Source of the DNA: Cyanophyceae cyanobacterium
GTDB taxonomy: Bacteria; Cyanobacteriota; Cyanobacteriia; Cyanobacteriales; Laspinemataceae
Reading direction: 5' to 3'
Length of the DNA: 64,000 nucleotides
NCBI GenBank assembly: GCA_038321985.1
Contig: JBBQFN010000011.1
Span: 64,001-128,000 of the forward strand
The translations under genes were made by a program, and so were the position numbers. Of this stretch, positions 63,942 to 64,000 are shown piece by piece. The stretch's first letter is position 1. Each line of letters opens with the position of its first letter. Below the pieces are notes generated by a model. The model was not told the DNA's origin, ran no database searches, and worked only from the letters and a program-made list of their open reading frames with translations.

Positions 63942-64000
63942 CCGTCAGCGAACAGTTTAGGTCAATGGAGGCAGCCCGAGCTGATGCAGCTGCACCTCCC
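63938..64000 (+). CDS. pilO: Probable PilO, 5' end only
   Basis: ATGA overlap with the pilN stop, MTVSEQFRSM. Identity inferred from synteny only. Confidence 0.55.
   Translation, partial: MTVSEQFRSMEAARADAAAPP

Overview
Chromosomal window from a filamentous cyanobacterium. HIP1 octamer GCGATCGC is very frequent, there are heptamer and small dispersed repeats, and the gene set looks Oscillatoriales-like. The flanks are mostly core genes: rsmG, thrS, thrB, metX/metY, trpB, rnd, sigF, prfB with its +1 frameshift, ybeY, dgkA, trpG, folC and pilMNO. There is also a REC/CheC/diguanylate cyclase signalling cassette. The centre (about 21.3-42.2 kb) is an accessory exopolysaccharide/surface locus: a co-polymerase, two Wzy/O-antigen-ligase-family paralogues, a Wzx flippase, GT4 and two GT2 transferases, an APH-type kinase, three exported glycoside hydrolases (2x GH5, 1x GH74-like), and a WecB/TagA transferase fused to MshEN-like modules. 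It also holds a tandem array of about 830-bp units encoding four PEP-CTERM proteins with a conserved framework and five hypervariable loops, plus a collapsed fifth copy. This locus, and especially the variable PEP-CTERM array, is the best candidate for an undescribed system. All calls come from motif recognition by eye; no database searches were run.
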